Shown: in pieces, positions 16,130 to 25,396 of the stretch
How the letters are laid out: every line of letters begins with the position of its first letter
Position numbering within the stretch: position 1 is the stretch's first letter
Translations under genes and position numbers: made by a program
IMG/VR virus record: IMGVR_UViG_3300044723_007681
Span: 1-30,114 of that record
Reading direction: 5' to 3' (one strand)
DNA from: a virus
Taxonomy: Duplodnaviria > Caudoviricetes
Length of the DNA stretch: 30,114 bases
Notes under the pieces: model-generated
What the model was told of the DNA's origin: nothing
The model's input: the letters and a program-made list of their open reading frames with translations, nothing else
The model's database searches: none

Positions 16130-18432
16130 TAGTTATAATGACCCGATTTCTTCAATGGTGCAAGTAATGGGTTTACTTTTTTAGCTGCAGGACTCTTATC
16201 TAATGAACCTCCACTAGCAATATGCTTTAGTGCGTCATGCGAGTGTGCCATATGCTTTTGGAGCGTTTCTTTATCACCTGGTTTTGCAGTATTATATCTA
16301 TTTAGAGCTGCTCTTGCAGTCTTTTCAGACACCTTTTCTGTGCTATTGTTAAATTGAACACCTGAGTGTGTATCCTTTAGAGATACAACCTTACGAAGCT
16401 GCATTGCAATATGTTCTGGCTCATCCTTTGCAGCTTTAGTAACTCTTACTCCGGAAGCTTCTGCTGTGAAGTTGTAATCTTCAGCAGCTAGAATCTCTTC
16501 AATTTCAATCTCACTGAAATATGTTTCACCGACACCCAAGGGCTTTTCATCCCATGACTCAGCCTGACCTTCTGGCCGGCCTTCTTTTTCTTTCTGGCCC
16601 ATTGATTCGGCTTTACGATAAAACTTCTTTGCAGCAGCCATATACTTTGCTGCTGCTTCACCAGTTCCTTGAGTTTGAGCCTTCTTTGCCATCATGTAGT
16701 AATGCTTAGCAAGAGCTTGTGATTGTTTTGAGCTACGAACCTCTTCGTCACCCATTCCTTCATTTACTCTTTCTTCAGCGTGGACGTAGCCTTTCTTTAA
16801 TTTGTCCTTGACATCTTTCTTGTCAACAACTTGAACTCTAGCTTTACCTGGCTTATATGGATATGCCATCAAAGTCTCTTTTTTAGGATCTTTCAGCTGC
16901 CGAGGCATTTTTGCTTCTTCAACTTCAGTTTCTTCTGTGTGAGCTTGTTTAGGAAAACCTTGAGGATTCATAATAGACTTATTGTACCTTGTTGCACTTC
17001 TATTAGTACCTTTTGTAATGTTTTTTCTACCTCGTGTTAACTTAACACCTTTTGCAGTTCCAGGTGCAACCTTTGTTACTCCTCTATTTTTCATAAATTG
17101 CTTTATATCAACTCTATCCCTTGTATCCAGCAGTTCTTTTCGGCGTTTTGGATCCATTTTTTCATCAATCTGCTCAACATCTTCTTTCATAGCTTTAGAA
17201 ATAGCCTTACGACGATTCTTTAAATACTTATCGGACTTATCAACATCACCATCATTATCAATATCACCGTCCTCTTGTCCAACTGGATCTAATTTGTGTT
17301 TCGCTTCAGACATTTTCTTCTTACGTGTATGCATGTGAGATTCTTCTACAACAATCTCTAACTCTTCAACTGGAACATCTTCGACATAATTTAAACCAAA
17401 TAGAACATCATAATGCGTGACATAAGCCGTTCCATCTTCATTTTCAACAAGAGTATGCATACCAGGTAAACATTGACCTTCTCCATGCTCCTTATGAACA
17501 ACATGCTTTGCACAATCGTGTTGTAGAGCTTTATCAACAGCTGGAGTGTCTACATCGTTATGAGCTTCAGCCATACTAGCTTGAGCTTTTCTTACAGGAT
17601 CACCAGAGCTTTGTGCAGCTTTTTGATCTTTGGCTTTTTGTTTCATAGCTTTTAACTTTTGCTGTGCTAGAGCGGTCCCAGATTTAGCACCAGCAAGTCT
17701 TTGTCTATCTTTCATCACTTGTTGAACTCTATCAACTTTACTTTGAACCTTTTGCTGTTTTCTCTCTGCAGCATCAGCTCTACCTGCAGTTGACATTCTA
17801 TATGCAGCCTTTTTTGCACCTTTGGCAGCCAAGCTACCGGCACCTTTTGCAACAGCCTTAACACCTCTACCAAGAGCACCAAGGAGACCTTCTTCAAGTT
17901 CAATTAACTCTTCGTCAGACATCTCACTAATCATTTGAACGAAATCCCCTTCGGACATTTCTGTAATGAAATCTACATCCCAAATATCTTCTACCTGTTC
18001 ATGGTGCACTGTTACACCAGAATCTTTAAGGTCATCAATATGGGTATCTGATAATTTTTCACCCTTCTTAACTCGACCACCTGTCTTTTCTTTATTGACA
18101 GTGTAGCTCTTGCCATCTTTGTCCATCGAGACATGAACTGACATATCTTCATCAATCTCAACTTCTTCCATGTAGCCAAGTTTCTTAGCTACTTGATATC
18201 TATGCTTATCTGCTTCACCACCTGGTTTCTCATGACCACCAGATCGTCTATGATGATAGTCGATATGAGAATCTGGTGAACTAAATCGTGGGTCTTTCGA
18301 CTTACCACCATTTAGCTTTGCTGAGTCTTTAGTACCAAGATACTGTTCAACAATCTCAACTTCTGAAGATTCATTATTTAAAACAGCTTTTGCTGCATTT
18401 AAAAGACTATCTGAAAGACCGAATTTATTCAT
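16129..18432 (-). CDS. Large modular late protein, probable capsid-internal/prohead core polyprotein
   Basis: Basic modules alternate with short Glu-rich linkers (VEIVEQ, VEIDE, LIELEE, VEQIDE, EVEE, VNE); includes an EF-hand-like DGDIDNDGDVD segment. Confidence 0.75.
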   Translation of the reverse strand: MNKFGLSDSLLNAAKAVLNNESSEVEIVEQYLGTKDSAKLNGGKSKDPRFSSPDSHIDYHHRRSGGHEKPGGEADKHRYQVAKKLGYMEEVEIDEDMSVHVSMDKDGKSYTVNKEKTGGRVKKGEKLSDTHIDDLKDSGVTVHHEQVEDIWDVDFITEMSEGDFVQMISEMSDEELIELEEGLLGALGRGVKAVAKGAGSLAAKGAKKAAYRMSTAGRADAAERKQQKVQSKVDRVQQVMKDRQRLAGAKSGTALAQQKLKAMKQKAKDQKAAQSSGDPVRKAQASMAEAHNDVDTPAVDKALQHDCAKHVVHKEHGEGQCLPGMHTLVENEDGTAYVTHYDVLFGLNYVEDVPVEELEIVVEESHMHTRKKKMSEAKHKLDPVGQEDGDIDNDGDVDKSDKYLKNRRKAISKAMKEDVEQIDEKMDPKRRKELLDTRDRVDIKQFMKNRGVTKVAPGTAKGVKLTRGRKNITKGTNRSATRYNKSIMNPQGFPKQAHTEETEVEEAKMPRQLKDPKKETLMAYPYKPGKARVQVVDKKDVKDKLKKGYVHAEERVNEGMGDEEVRSSKQSQALAKHYYMMAKKAQTQGTGEAAAKYMAAAKKFYRKAESMGQKEKEGRPEGQAESWDEKPLGVGETYFSEIEIEEILAAEDYNFTAEASGVRVTKAAKDEPEHIAMQLRKVVSLKDTHSGVQFNNSTEKVSEKTARAALNRYNTAKPGDKETLQKHMAHSHDALKHIASGGSLDKSPAAKKVNPLLAPLKKSGHYN

Positions 18433-18698
18433 TTCATTTTTCCTTTTTGAACTCTATCTCTGAACCTAATGAAGGTGGGACCATCCGCCTCCAATGTTTT
18501 GATAAATTTGTTTAACAAGTCTAACAGTTTATCTCTTAGCAAAGGGTTCGTTAGAGCTCGTTCTCCTTGTTTTAGTGCTCTTCTAACAGTTTCTAACTCG
18601 TCTTGGTCAACCATTCCTAATCGAAGCAAACGATGTAGTTTTGGTGTTAAACCTACGAAATTCTCATCTATATTTATAAATTCTTCTTGCTTGTCCAT
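18429..18698 (-). CDS. Hypothetical helical protein
   Basis: 89 aa with LLRLGMVD and ALTNP motifs; N-terminal NIDE; ATGA overlap with the downstream gene. Confidence 0.75.
   Translation of the reverse strand: MDKQEEFINIDENFVGLTPKLHRLLRLGMVDQDELETVRRALKQGERALTNPLLRDKLLDLLNKFIKTLEADGPTFIRFRDRVQKGKMK
18671..18678 (-). promoter_or_regulatory. Possible late promoter (TATAAATA), intragenic
   Basis: Exact consensus about 240 nt upstream of the 767 aa gene, but inside a CDS. Confidence 0.4.
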
Positions 18699-20261
18699 TT
18701 AATCCTCTACCCATGTTAATGCAGCGGATGCTCTACTGATTGTTGATGATCCGTTTACACTGATTATGATGTAGTTCTGTGGTGGTATGATCATTCTTAA
18801 ACTTTCAAGATCAATATTATCATGGCCATCGTTCGAGATCAAGAATGAATAGATTGGTACTTGACCCGAAGTTGTAACTTCAGTTTCTGTAGTGCTATAA
18901 GATATTGGAGTTTCTGTACTTTCATCCACCCAAACAAGAGGATCGGCAGTTGGTGCATTAAACCATATAGTAACTGTTACTGGTACACCACCAGCTGTTG
19001 CTGCAGCTGTACTGATTGCTCTCAAAATAAGTTCTCTTGTATTAATTTTACTATTATGGATTATGTTATTTCTAACTGCAAGAACAACGTGATGATCACT
19101 TGTGCTTGTCATTCCGGAAGTACGACTGTTGTTTACAGAACTCGGTAAGAATGTTGGCTCAAGTAATCCTTCAATCCCACCTAGCAACGATGCACCAGTT
19201 ACCACAATATTGCTACCTGTACCACCGAGGCTCGCAGCAACGTAACCTAGTTTCATTGCTGGATTATCAACACTTACATCTGTGTTTAAATTTCCAAATC
19301 TCTTTTTGTGAAAAATGACCAAATTGCCATCTGGCACTTCAACTGAAAATCTCATTTCTCCAGCACCCAACCATCGATACTGAATTTGATACACGTTAAG
19401 TTTGGTTGGATCAATATCCATTTGGCTGGCGCCAGTACCGTTTAACTTATCCTCACTGAACGATGTTTGTGGAATCCATTCATCAGTATGGGCAACACCA
19501 CTTTGCAACGTAGAACCAGTTACAGAAATAGTAGCAGTACTTGTCATAGAGTAAGTGCCACCCTTTGCACCAACCGACTTTGATAAGAAACAGATCTTTG
19601 TCGTATCAAACTCAACATTCCAAGCAGTATCAAAAGCACCGATGGCTTTCAACCCAGCAGAGAGCGATGCAATCCTATCTCCAAGAGTAGTACCAGAAAC
19701 AGTAACTGCTGCATATGCAACTGAGTTAAGTGTTACTGTGACATCACCTGCGGCTAGTGTTGTGATTGCAAATTTTTGTATATGTGCCTTGCCGTCATTT
19801 TCTATAAGAACACCAAATGATGTTCCATCATATCCAACTTGAATAGCTTGTTCCTGTGAAAAGAAACCAGCTCTCTGAGTATAACCAGCTACACCAGTAG
19901 TAAATGCAGCTGTGAACCTAGCTAGCGCTCCTTGCCCTGGCTTGTATCTTACAACCTGTCTGGTACGAATAACACCATACCCACCGACACTTGTTCCAGT
20001 TGAACATTGAAAAAGTGTTGGTGTAGTGGTAGCAGATCCACCAGCTGAAGTGAAGGTTTCAAACTTTCTTGTAGGCAATCCGTAGAGAGCGTCAGCTTGT
20101 ACGACTGGCGTTATCGGAACAGATATAGCTTCATCAAATGAACTTATAGATGTTGGACCGTCATCAATTATGTTACCGTAACGATCACCTCGCATGTATA
20201 CTTCAAAATTTGTTGTATCCTGAGCTCTATACTCTTGCGTGTCTTTACGCCATTGTGCCAT
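18699..20261 (-). CDS. Probable virion structural protein (beta-sandwich rich)
   Basis: 520 aa T/S/G/A-rich; RYKPGQG, WIPQTSF..DKLNGTG.S and YRWLGAG motifs, recalled from phage structural proteins. Confidence 0.7.
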   Translation of the reverse strand: MAQWRKDTQEYRAQDTTNFEVYMRGDRYGNIIDDGPTSISSFDEAISVPITPVVQADALYGLPTRKFETFTSAGGSATTTPTLFQCSTGTSVGGYGVIRTRQVVRYKPGQGALARFTAAFTTGVAGYTQRAGFFSQEQAIQVGYDGTSFGVLIENDGKAHIQKFAITTLAAGDVTVTLNSVAYAAVTVSGTTLGDRIASLSAGLKAIGAFDTAWNVEFDTTKICFLSKSVGAKGGTYSMTSTATISVTGSTLQSGVAHTDEWIPQTSFSEDKLNGTGASQMDIDPTKLNVYQIQYRWLGAGEMRFSVEVPDGNLVIFHKKRFGNLNTDVSVDNPAMKLGYVAASLGGTGSNIVVTGASLLGGIEGLLEPTFLPSSVNNSRTSGMTSTSDHHVVLAVRNNIIHNSKINTRELILRAISTAAATAGGVPVTVTIWFNAPTADPLVWVDESTETPISYSTTETEVTTSGQVPIYSFLISNDGHDNIDLESLRMIIPPQNYIIISVNGSSTISRASAALTWVED

Positions 20262-23200
20262 TTATTTTGCTTCCCCCGGTTTGCCAGATAAGAAGTTAGC
20301 ACGACTAAACTCAGCCCTATCAACAAGTTTTGATGGTTTATTATCTTTCGAAACAACAAAACCCTCACCTTTTGATTTAACACCTCCAATATGATGATCG
20401 AAATCTTGGTGTGTTGATAGTGATTTTACTAAATGATTCTTAGCTGATTGTAAGTGATGATGAATATCAAAAGCTCTTTGGAAGTGCTTTTTGTTTGCAT
20501 CAACATGATCAGTGTGTTCCTTGCCTACACCAATATGTTTTTCTTTTGCTGCATCAGTTTTTACTTTATCAGCTTTCTTTTGATAATGATCTTTAACATG
20601 ATCCTTGTAACCATTTACTGATGGCTTAGAACCTTCTCTAACAGTCTTGTTGATGTAAGTGTTAATATGAGTATTATGTGCATGAGCTCCAATGGCTTCA
20701 TGATGACCATCTTCAATTTTGTTGAAATGCTCAGTAGCCTTTTTCATATGGTGTTCATAACCTTTTTGGTTTTCTTCACTATGTTTGACTTTACTCATAT
20801 CGTGGTGAGGAGATATAACATGAACGTCCTTGTGACTTTTCATCTGTGAGACGTCTGCATTGAAGTGAGCCTTCATAGACTCAAGATCTTTACCTTTATA
20901 CTCTGTATGTGGAACTACACCAATCTTAGAGCTAGCAATTTTCTTACCGTGATCAGAACCTTTCTTGGTTGAGTAAGAGATTGTATTTGGCTTAAAGTGA
21001 TACTTACCTTCTTTATGCTCAACATCACCTTCTGGATTGCTTTTCGACTTAACACCACTATGCATTAAATCACCTTGATATACCTTACCCTTGGGTGTGA
21101 CTTTGGGTAAGTGTTTTAACGCATGTTTCAACTTTGCAGCAAGACCTGGTGCATGTCCATGATTCCTATCGATGTCTTCTTCTGTATGATTGATTTTAGG
21201 ATCTTTGTTGAACACTGACTTAGAGCCAACAAAGAACTTACCAGTCTTAGGATGATGACCGAAAACAATACTTGGAGCTCCGTCATACTTTGCTGTTACA
21301 GATGAACCATCTTTCTTCTTACCTTTGATCAGATCATGTGTATGCTCGAGTGAGTGGAAAGCATGATGGAAACCTTCATCACCACTGTTGTGTGCATGAT
21401 CCTCGACGTGATCCAAATGCTTTAGCTTTCCAGTATCTGTAGCAGCTTCGATAATGAACTCTTCTTTAAGAGTAAATCCTAAAGGCTCAAAGCCATCTTG
21501 AACTTTGGCACCAGCTCTCCATTGTTTACAACTCCAATACCTAGCTTTTGTTCTTGGTCCTGGATTGTCACAATTGTGTCTTGCTCTGAATGACTTTCTA
21601 CGAGTTGGACTATCTCTTTTGATTGAAAGATTTGGATCACCAAACCTTACTGTCTTTACATTACCAGTTGATGGATCTTTAACTTTAACCATAAACTTTT
21701 TAGGTCCACCAGGTGTACGAGATATCTTTCCTAACTTTTCTTCCTCAACTTTCTTCTTACCGAAATATTTGTCCTTATCGATAGGCTTACTCTTTACACC
21801 TCTGTTTCTTCTGTCATTATATGCTTGAAAGAATGTTTTTCCTTGAGACTGTGTGGAAGGAGATGTGGTTGCACCTGAACCAGCTGATGTGTAGTTTTCG
21901 TTAACTTGACCAGGAGTCATTTTTCGTGCATGTGCTGCTGCTTCTGGCGTTCCTTCTAACTTTTGATAAGGATTGGATGGTACATCTTTCTTTTCACCAA
22001 TCTTTAGAATGTATTCTTTATTGGTTTTCTTTTTCTTACCTTTGTTAGCTGCAGCTGCAATAATGTTTGTATCAAACTCTACAGGAACATTCTCTTTAAA
22101 CTGATCAAATCCTTCTCTTGTAAGTCTTTGCCTGACTGCAGATTTTGATCGGCCATGAATTCTTCTGAAATCACCTTCAGAATACTTAGCCAAGTCTCTG
22201 TGAACCTTAGTAACTCCTCCGACTGGACGTTTAGTATTAGATCCTAGCTTTGCACTAGAGGAACGTCTCAGATTAGACGCCTTTTTTCTGCCTCTACCAT
22301 ATCTTTTCTTAAACATTCCAGATGTTCTGGAGTTAATACTACTTTTACTTCTTAAAGCAGCACTTTTTCTTTTCAAACGCCTTTGATAGTTTTGTACACC
22401 TGGATGTCTATATGCTTCGGCTAGATCTGCATCCATTTCGATAGCAGCGCCACCTGAAATAAATGAATTGACTCTACCAAATCCATTTTCAATTCTGGAT
22501 TTGTCTTCGTGCAAACAGTCTTCCATTCCACGAATAAAGATCTCAAGAATTGCATCAAAAGGAATTTCTGACTCTTCTGACTTTCTTATTAGAGCTTCCA
22601 GATCCTCTTTTGTAACTAGAGGCTCTTCAACTCTATCTTTTTCATTCTTTTTCTTATATCTGTGTTTTGTATGAGATGCTACTGTTGGGTTTTCTTTTCT
22701 TACATGCTCTTTTCCACCAACAGCCTTTTTACCTACACTATCAGGCCATGCCTTTTCACTTATAAGTGCACCAACAAAACTATCAAATGAATTAGAAAGT
22801 CTTACGAGCTCAGCCTTTCTTGTCTTAGGTAAAGTTCTTGTTGCAATTCTATTAATAATTTTTTGTTTTGATTGAACTTTTTTATCAATAAACATTTTTG
22901 AAGCAGGAGATTGTGAAGAGTATGAAGCACCTCTTTTGCCTGCAACCTTTTTACGAACGACCTTAATAGCAGCCTTTCTTGCTCTTTGTCTTAGATTCTT
23001 TTCTGGAACTCTTCTTTTAGAGTACAGCTTCTTCATTCTTTTTAACTTTGGGCGAATTCGTCTCATTAACAACTTACGTTTGATACGAGCCTTCACATCC
23101 ATTACTGCTTCATCAATTAGAGCATCTTCATTTACTTTCTGTTGATCATTTTTAGCTTTCATTTGATCATCCTTAGCTTTACTATCTGTATTCTTCATTC

Positions 23201-24029
23201 TTTTTAATGCCCTTATGAATTGCATCGATGAGAGTGGGTCTTGCATGGTTTTTTTCAAATTGCCAATAGCATCTTTTGCAAATGTCCGCTGCCTTTGGTT
23301 CATGTATTCACCATCAGCTGCTTGGTCTAATGCTTTTTGAACTTGTAGGACCGGTATTTGATTGCGGTCCATCTGTTTCAGTCTCATTAAGGTTCTTTTT
23401 GCAATAGAATCAGCTTTTTTATCTGCAGGATCAGATTCTTTTGCTTTACTGTCACCATATGCTTCTTTAAGATTGCTGTTTACGTGATCCATAATCTCTT
23501 TAGCGTGAGGATGTAATGCTTTTGGAAGACCTGCTTTGAAAGACTTGTGATCACCATTCTTTGCATGCTCTCTCATCTTTGTACCAGATACACCTTCAGT
23601 ACCTTCAGAGTCTGGATCCCTATGACCTGCGCTTTTGACCTTTATTGATTTGAAGTTATAGTGACCATGTGGTCCTTCTTTACCATTGTAGGTGTGGAGA
23701 AGTTTATGCATTCCATCAACACGGTCACTCCCTACAACCATTGTGAGATGTGTATGACCTGCTTTATGTAACTTTGATGCTTGATGAAGAACGGATGGGT
23801 GAGTTTTATCAGACGAAGAAACATTTACACCTTTTGGTGCAACTTTTTTAACGTAACCAACTTTATGATCAGTTGGAACAGGGTTCTTCTTATTATCGTG
23901 GGAATGAGATACGATAACATGAGCAGTGGCACCTTGTGCCTTTGCTTCTTTATGTACAGCATGAATTAGTTTTTCATGCCCAGTCGTTGGAGGATTCATC
24001 CTCCCATACGTCATTACTACTTTACTCAT
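20262..24029 (-). CDS. 1255 aa multidomain protein: N-terminal HIGH-superfamily nucleotidyltransferase (cytidylyltransferase-like), basic modules, C-terminal KxDG ligase-like domain
   Basis: GRMNPPTTGH, VVGSDR and SGTKMR (HIGH/KMSKS-type) in aa 1-189. TAKYDGAP, QGDL, GEGFVV and KLVDR in the last 394 aa match motifs I, III, IV and V of the ligase/capping nucleotidyltransferase fold. Confidence 0.85.
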   Translation of the reverse strand: MSKVVMTYGRMNPPTTGHEKLIHAVHKEAKAQGATAHVIVSHSHDNKKNPVPTDHKVGYVKKVAPKGVNVSSSDKTHPSVLHQASKLHKAGHTHLTMVVGSDRVDGMHKLLHTYNGKEGPHGHYNFKSIKVKSAGHRDPDSEGTEGVSGTKMREHAKNGDHKSFKAGLPKALHPHAKEIMDHVNSNLKEAYGDSKAKESDPADKKADSIAKRTLMRLKQMDRNQIPVLQVQKALDQAADGEYMNQRQRTFAKDAIGNLKKTMQDPLSSMQFIRALKRMKNTDSKAKDDQMKAKNDQQKVNEDALIDEAVMDVKARIKRKLLMRRIRPKLKRMKKLYSKRRVPEKNLRQRARKAAIKVVRKKVAGKRGASYSSQSPASKMFIDKKVQSKQKIINRIATRTLPKTRKAELVRLSNSFDSFVGALISEKAWPDSVGKKAVGGKEHVRKENPTVASHTKHRYKKKNEKDRVEEPLVTKEDLEALIRKSEESEIPFDAILEIFIRGMEDCLHEDKSRIENGFGRVNSFISGGAAIEMDADLAEAYRHPGVQNYQRRLKRKSAALRSKSSINSRTSGMFKKRYGRGRKKASNLRRSSSAKLGSNTKRPVGGVTKVHRDLAKYSEGDFRRIHGRSKSAVRQRLTREGFDQFKENVPVEFDTNIIAAAANKGKKKKTNKEYILKIGEKKDVPSNPYQKLEGTPEAAAHARKMTPGQVNENYTSAGSGATTSPSTQSQGKTFFQAYNDRRNRGVKSKPIDKDKYFGKKKVEEEKLGKISRTPGGPKKFMVKVKDPSTGNVKTVRFGDPNLSIKRDSPTRRKSFRARHNCDNPGPRTKARYWSCKQWRAGAKVQDGFEPLGFTLKEEFIIEAATDTGKLKHLDHVEDHAHNSGDEGFHHAFHSLEHTHDLIKGKKKDGSSVTAKYDGAPSIVFGHHPKTGKFFVGSKSVFNKDPKINHTEEDIDRNHGHAPGLAAKLKHALKHLPKVTPKGKVYQGDLMHSGVKSKSNPEGDVEHKEGKYHFKPNTISYSTKKGSDHGKKIASSKIGVVPHTEYKGKDLESMKAHFNADVSQMKSHKDVHVISPHHDMSKVKHSEENQKGYEHHMKKATEHFNKIEDGHHEAIGAHAHNTHINTYINKTVREGSKPSVNGYKDHVKDHYQKKADKVKTDAAKEKHIGVGKEHTDHVDANKKHFQRAFDIHHHLQSAKNHLVKSLSTHQDFDHHIGGVKSKGEGFVVSKDNKPSKLVDRAEFSRANFLSGKPGEAK

Positions 24030-24058
24030 CCAGGTTTTCCTTAGACTATACTGGTTAA

Positions 24059-24844
24059 TTATGAGTTATTTATAAAACTTAACTTCTTTACTCTTCTTTT
24101 AATTTCCTCAAAAGGTAAATCATCGTATATTGAAAATCTAAACAACAATCTTTCATTAACACCATTCATGTGAACGTAATGAGTCCACTGAGTATTTAAT
24201 AATGCTGCTTTGTATGTGTATGACCAATCATCATCTGACTTAAAATATTCATCCCAAGCGTGTGTGTATCTTTGATTATTTTTAGTAAACATAACTGGTG
24301 CTGGACTATCATCATTAGACCATTCTTTACATAACAAAATATTTAAACTAGCAATAGAACCCTTTGCTTTTTTCTCCATATGATCTGCAGTCCATCCTGG
24401 AAGTAAATCATCTTTGGTATATGGAGGAACACTATTCGGTTTTACACCTCTTTTTGGAACATCGTAAAGCTGTCCATCCTTCTCAGTTTTAAAATTTCTA
24501 GCACTATCATAGTGAACATTGTAAATATAAGTTTTTAAATTATGAAAAAACCACGGAGCAACAATATCAAATTGTGATTTGATTTCATCACATAATTCAA
24601 CTATGTAAGGATACTTAGTTATAGGAAAATCATTGTTAACTTCAAAAACACCCTTAGTGTGATTATGTCTATAATCACATTCTGAATATGACCAACCTGC
24701 TCGTGACCATCCTGTATAATTTTCAGGGTATCTCCAGGGGTGTTTTTGTAAGATAGGCTGAATACTAATAAAAGTTTCTGTTAGAACTTTTGTATCAACA
24801 GAGTGGTCAAATGAAAAAATTCTTTCGTCATCGTATAATAACAT
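24059..24844 (-). CDS. Putative 2OG-Fe(II) oxygenase-like protein
   Basis: VHYD (HxD), ASLNILL, YKAALLNTQWTH, ERLLFRFSI; resembles 8138..8794. Confidence 0.55.
   Translation of the reverse strand: MLLYDDERIFSFDHSVDTKVLTETFISIQPILQKHPWRYPENYTGWSRAGWSYSECDYRHNHTKGVFEVNNDFPITKYPYIVELCDEIKSQFDIVAPWFFHNLKTYIYNVHYDSARNFKTEKDGQLYDVPKRGVKPNSVPPYTKDDLLPGWTADHMEKKAKGSIASLNILLCKEWSNDDSPAPVMFTKNNQRYTHAWDEYFKSDDDWSYTYKAALLNTQWTHYVHMNGVNERLLFRFSIYDDLPFEEIKRRVKKLSFINNS
24067..24074 (-). promoter_or_regulatory. T4-type late promoter (TATAAATA)
   Basis: Exact consensus about 38 nt upstream of the 1255 aa gene, with an AAGGA SD between them. Confidence 0.8.
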
Positions 24845-24850
24845 AATTTA

Positions 24851-25162
24851 TTAAACTGTTAATGCTGAAACAGCCTCGAGATTATACAATCTTACGGATC
24901 CTGCAGCAGCTAACTCATTTACCCTTGCTATATATCTGTCTTTAGCTGTAGATCTATTCTCTAAATTTTCATAATAAACAATTAAGTAAACATTACCATC
25001 TGAATCAATTTCCCATTCATCTTCTTGTGTCTTTAAATCATCATTGATTGTACTAACATCCTCAAATGGAATTCCAAGTTGCGTCTTACAATCAGCAACT
25101 GATGAAAATGTTGCTGATGGATCTGCTATTGAAATTACTTTATTTTTTACTTGAATAGCCAT
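24851..25162 (-). CDS. Hypothetical acidic protein
   Basis: 103 aa with an AGGAGG SD. Confidence 0.75.
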   Translation of the reverse strand: MAIQVKNKVISIADPSATFSSVADCKTQLGIPFEDVSTINDDLKTQEDEWEIDSDGNVYLIVYYENLENRSTAKDRYIARVNELAAAGSVRLYNLEAVSALTV

Positions 25163-25163
25163 T

Positions 25164-25367
25164 TTAACCTCCTGCTACCCAATCGGCTTTAGCTTCTTCC
25201 CACAAATCAGAATTACCAGCCTCTGCGTACAAAATATATGCTAAGCGAACTGCATCTCTTCCTGCAATTGGATGAGAGTAAGTATCATCACTTTCTATAA
25301 TTCTCTCAGCTGTTGGTAACAGAGCCTCACGAATATCATCGTGCATGGCATCTACTGGAATACTCAT
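25164..25367 (-). CDS. Hypothetical acidic protein
   Basis: 67 aa with an AAGGAG SD, directly after a late promoter. Confidence 0.75.
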   Translation of the reverse strand: MSIPVDAMHDDIREALLPTAERIIESDDTYSHPIAGRDAVRLAYILYAEAGNSDLWEEAKADWVAGG

Positions 25368-25396
25368 AATTATCTCCTTATTAAATGATTACTCAT

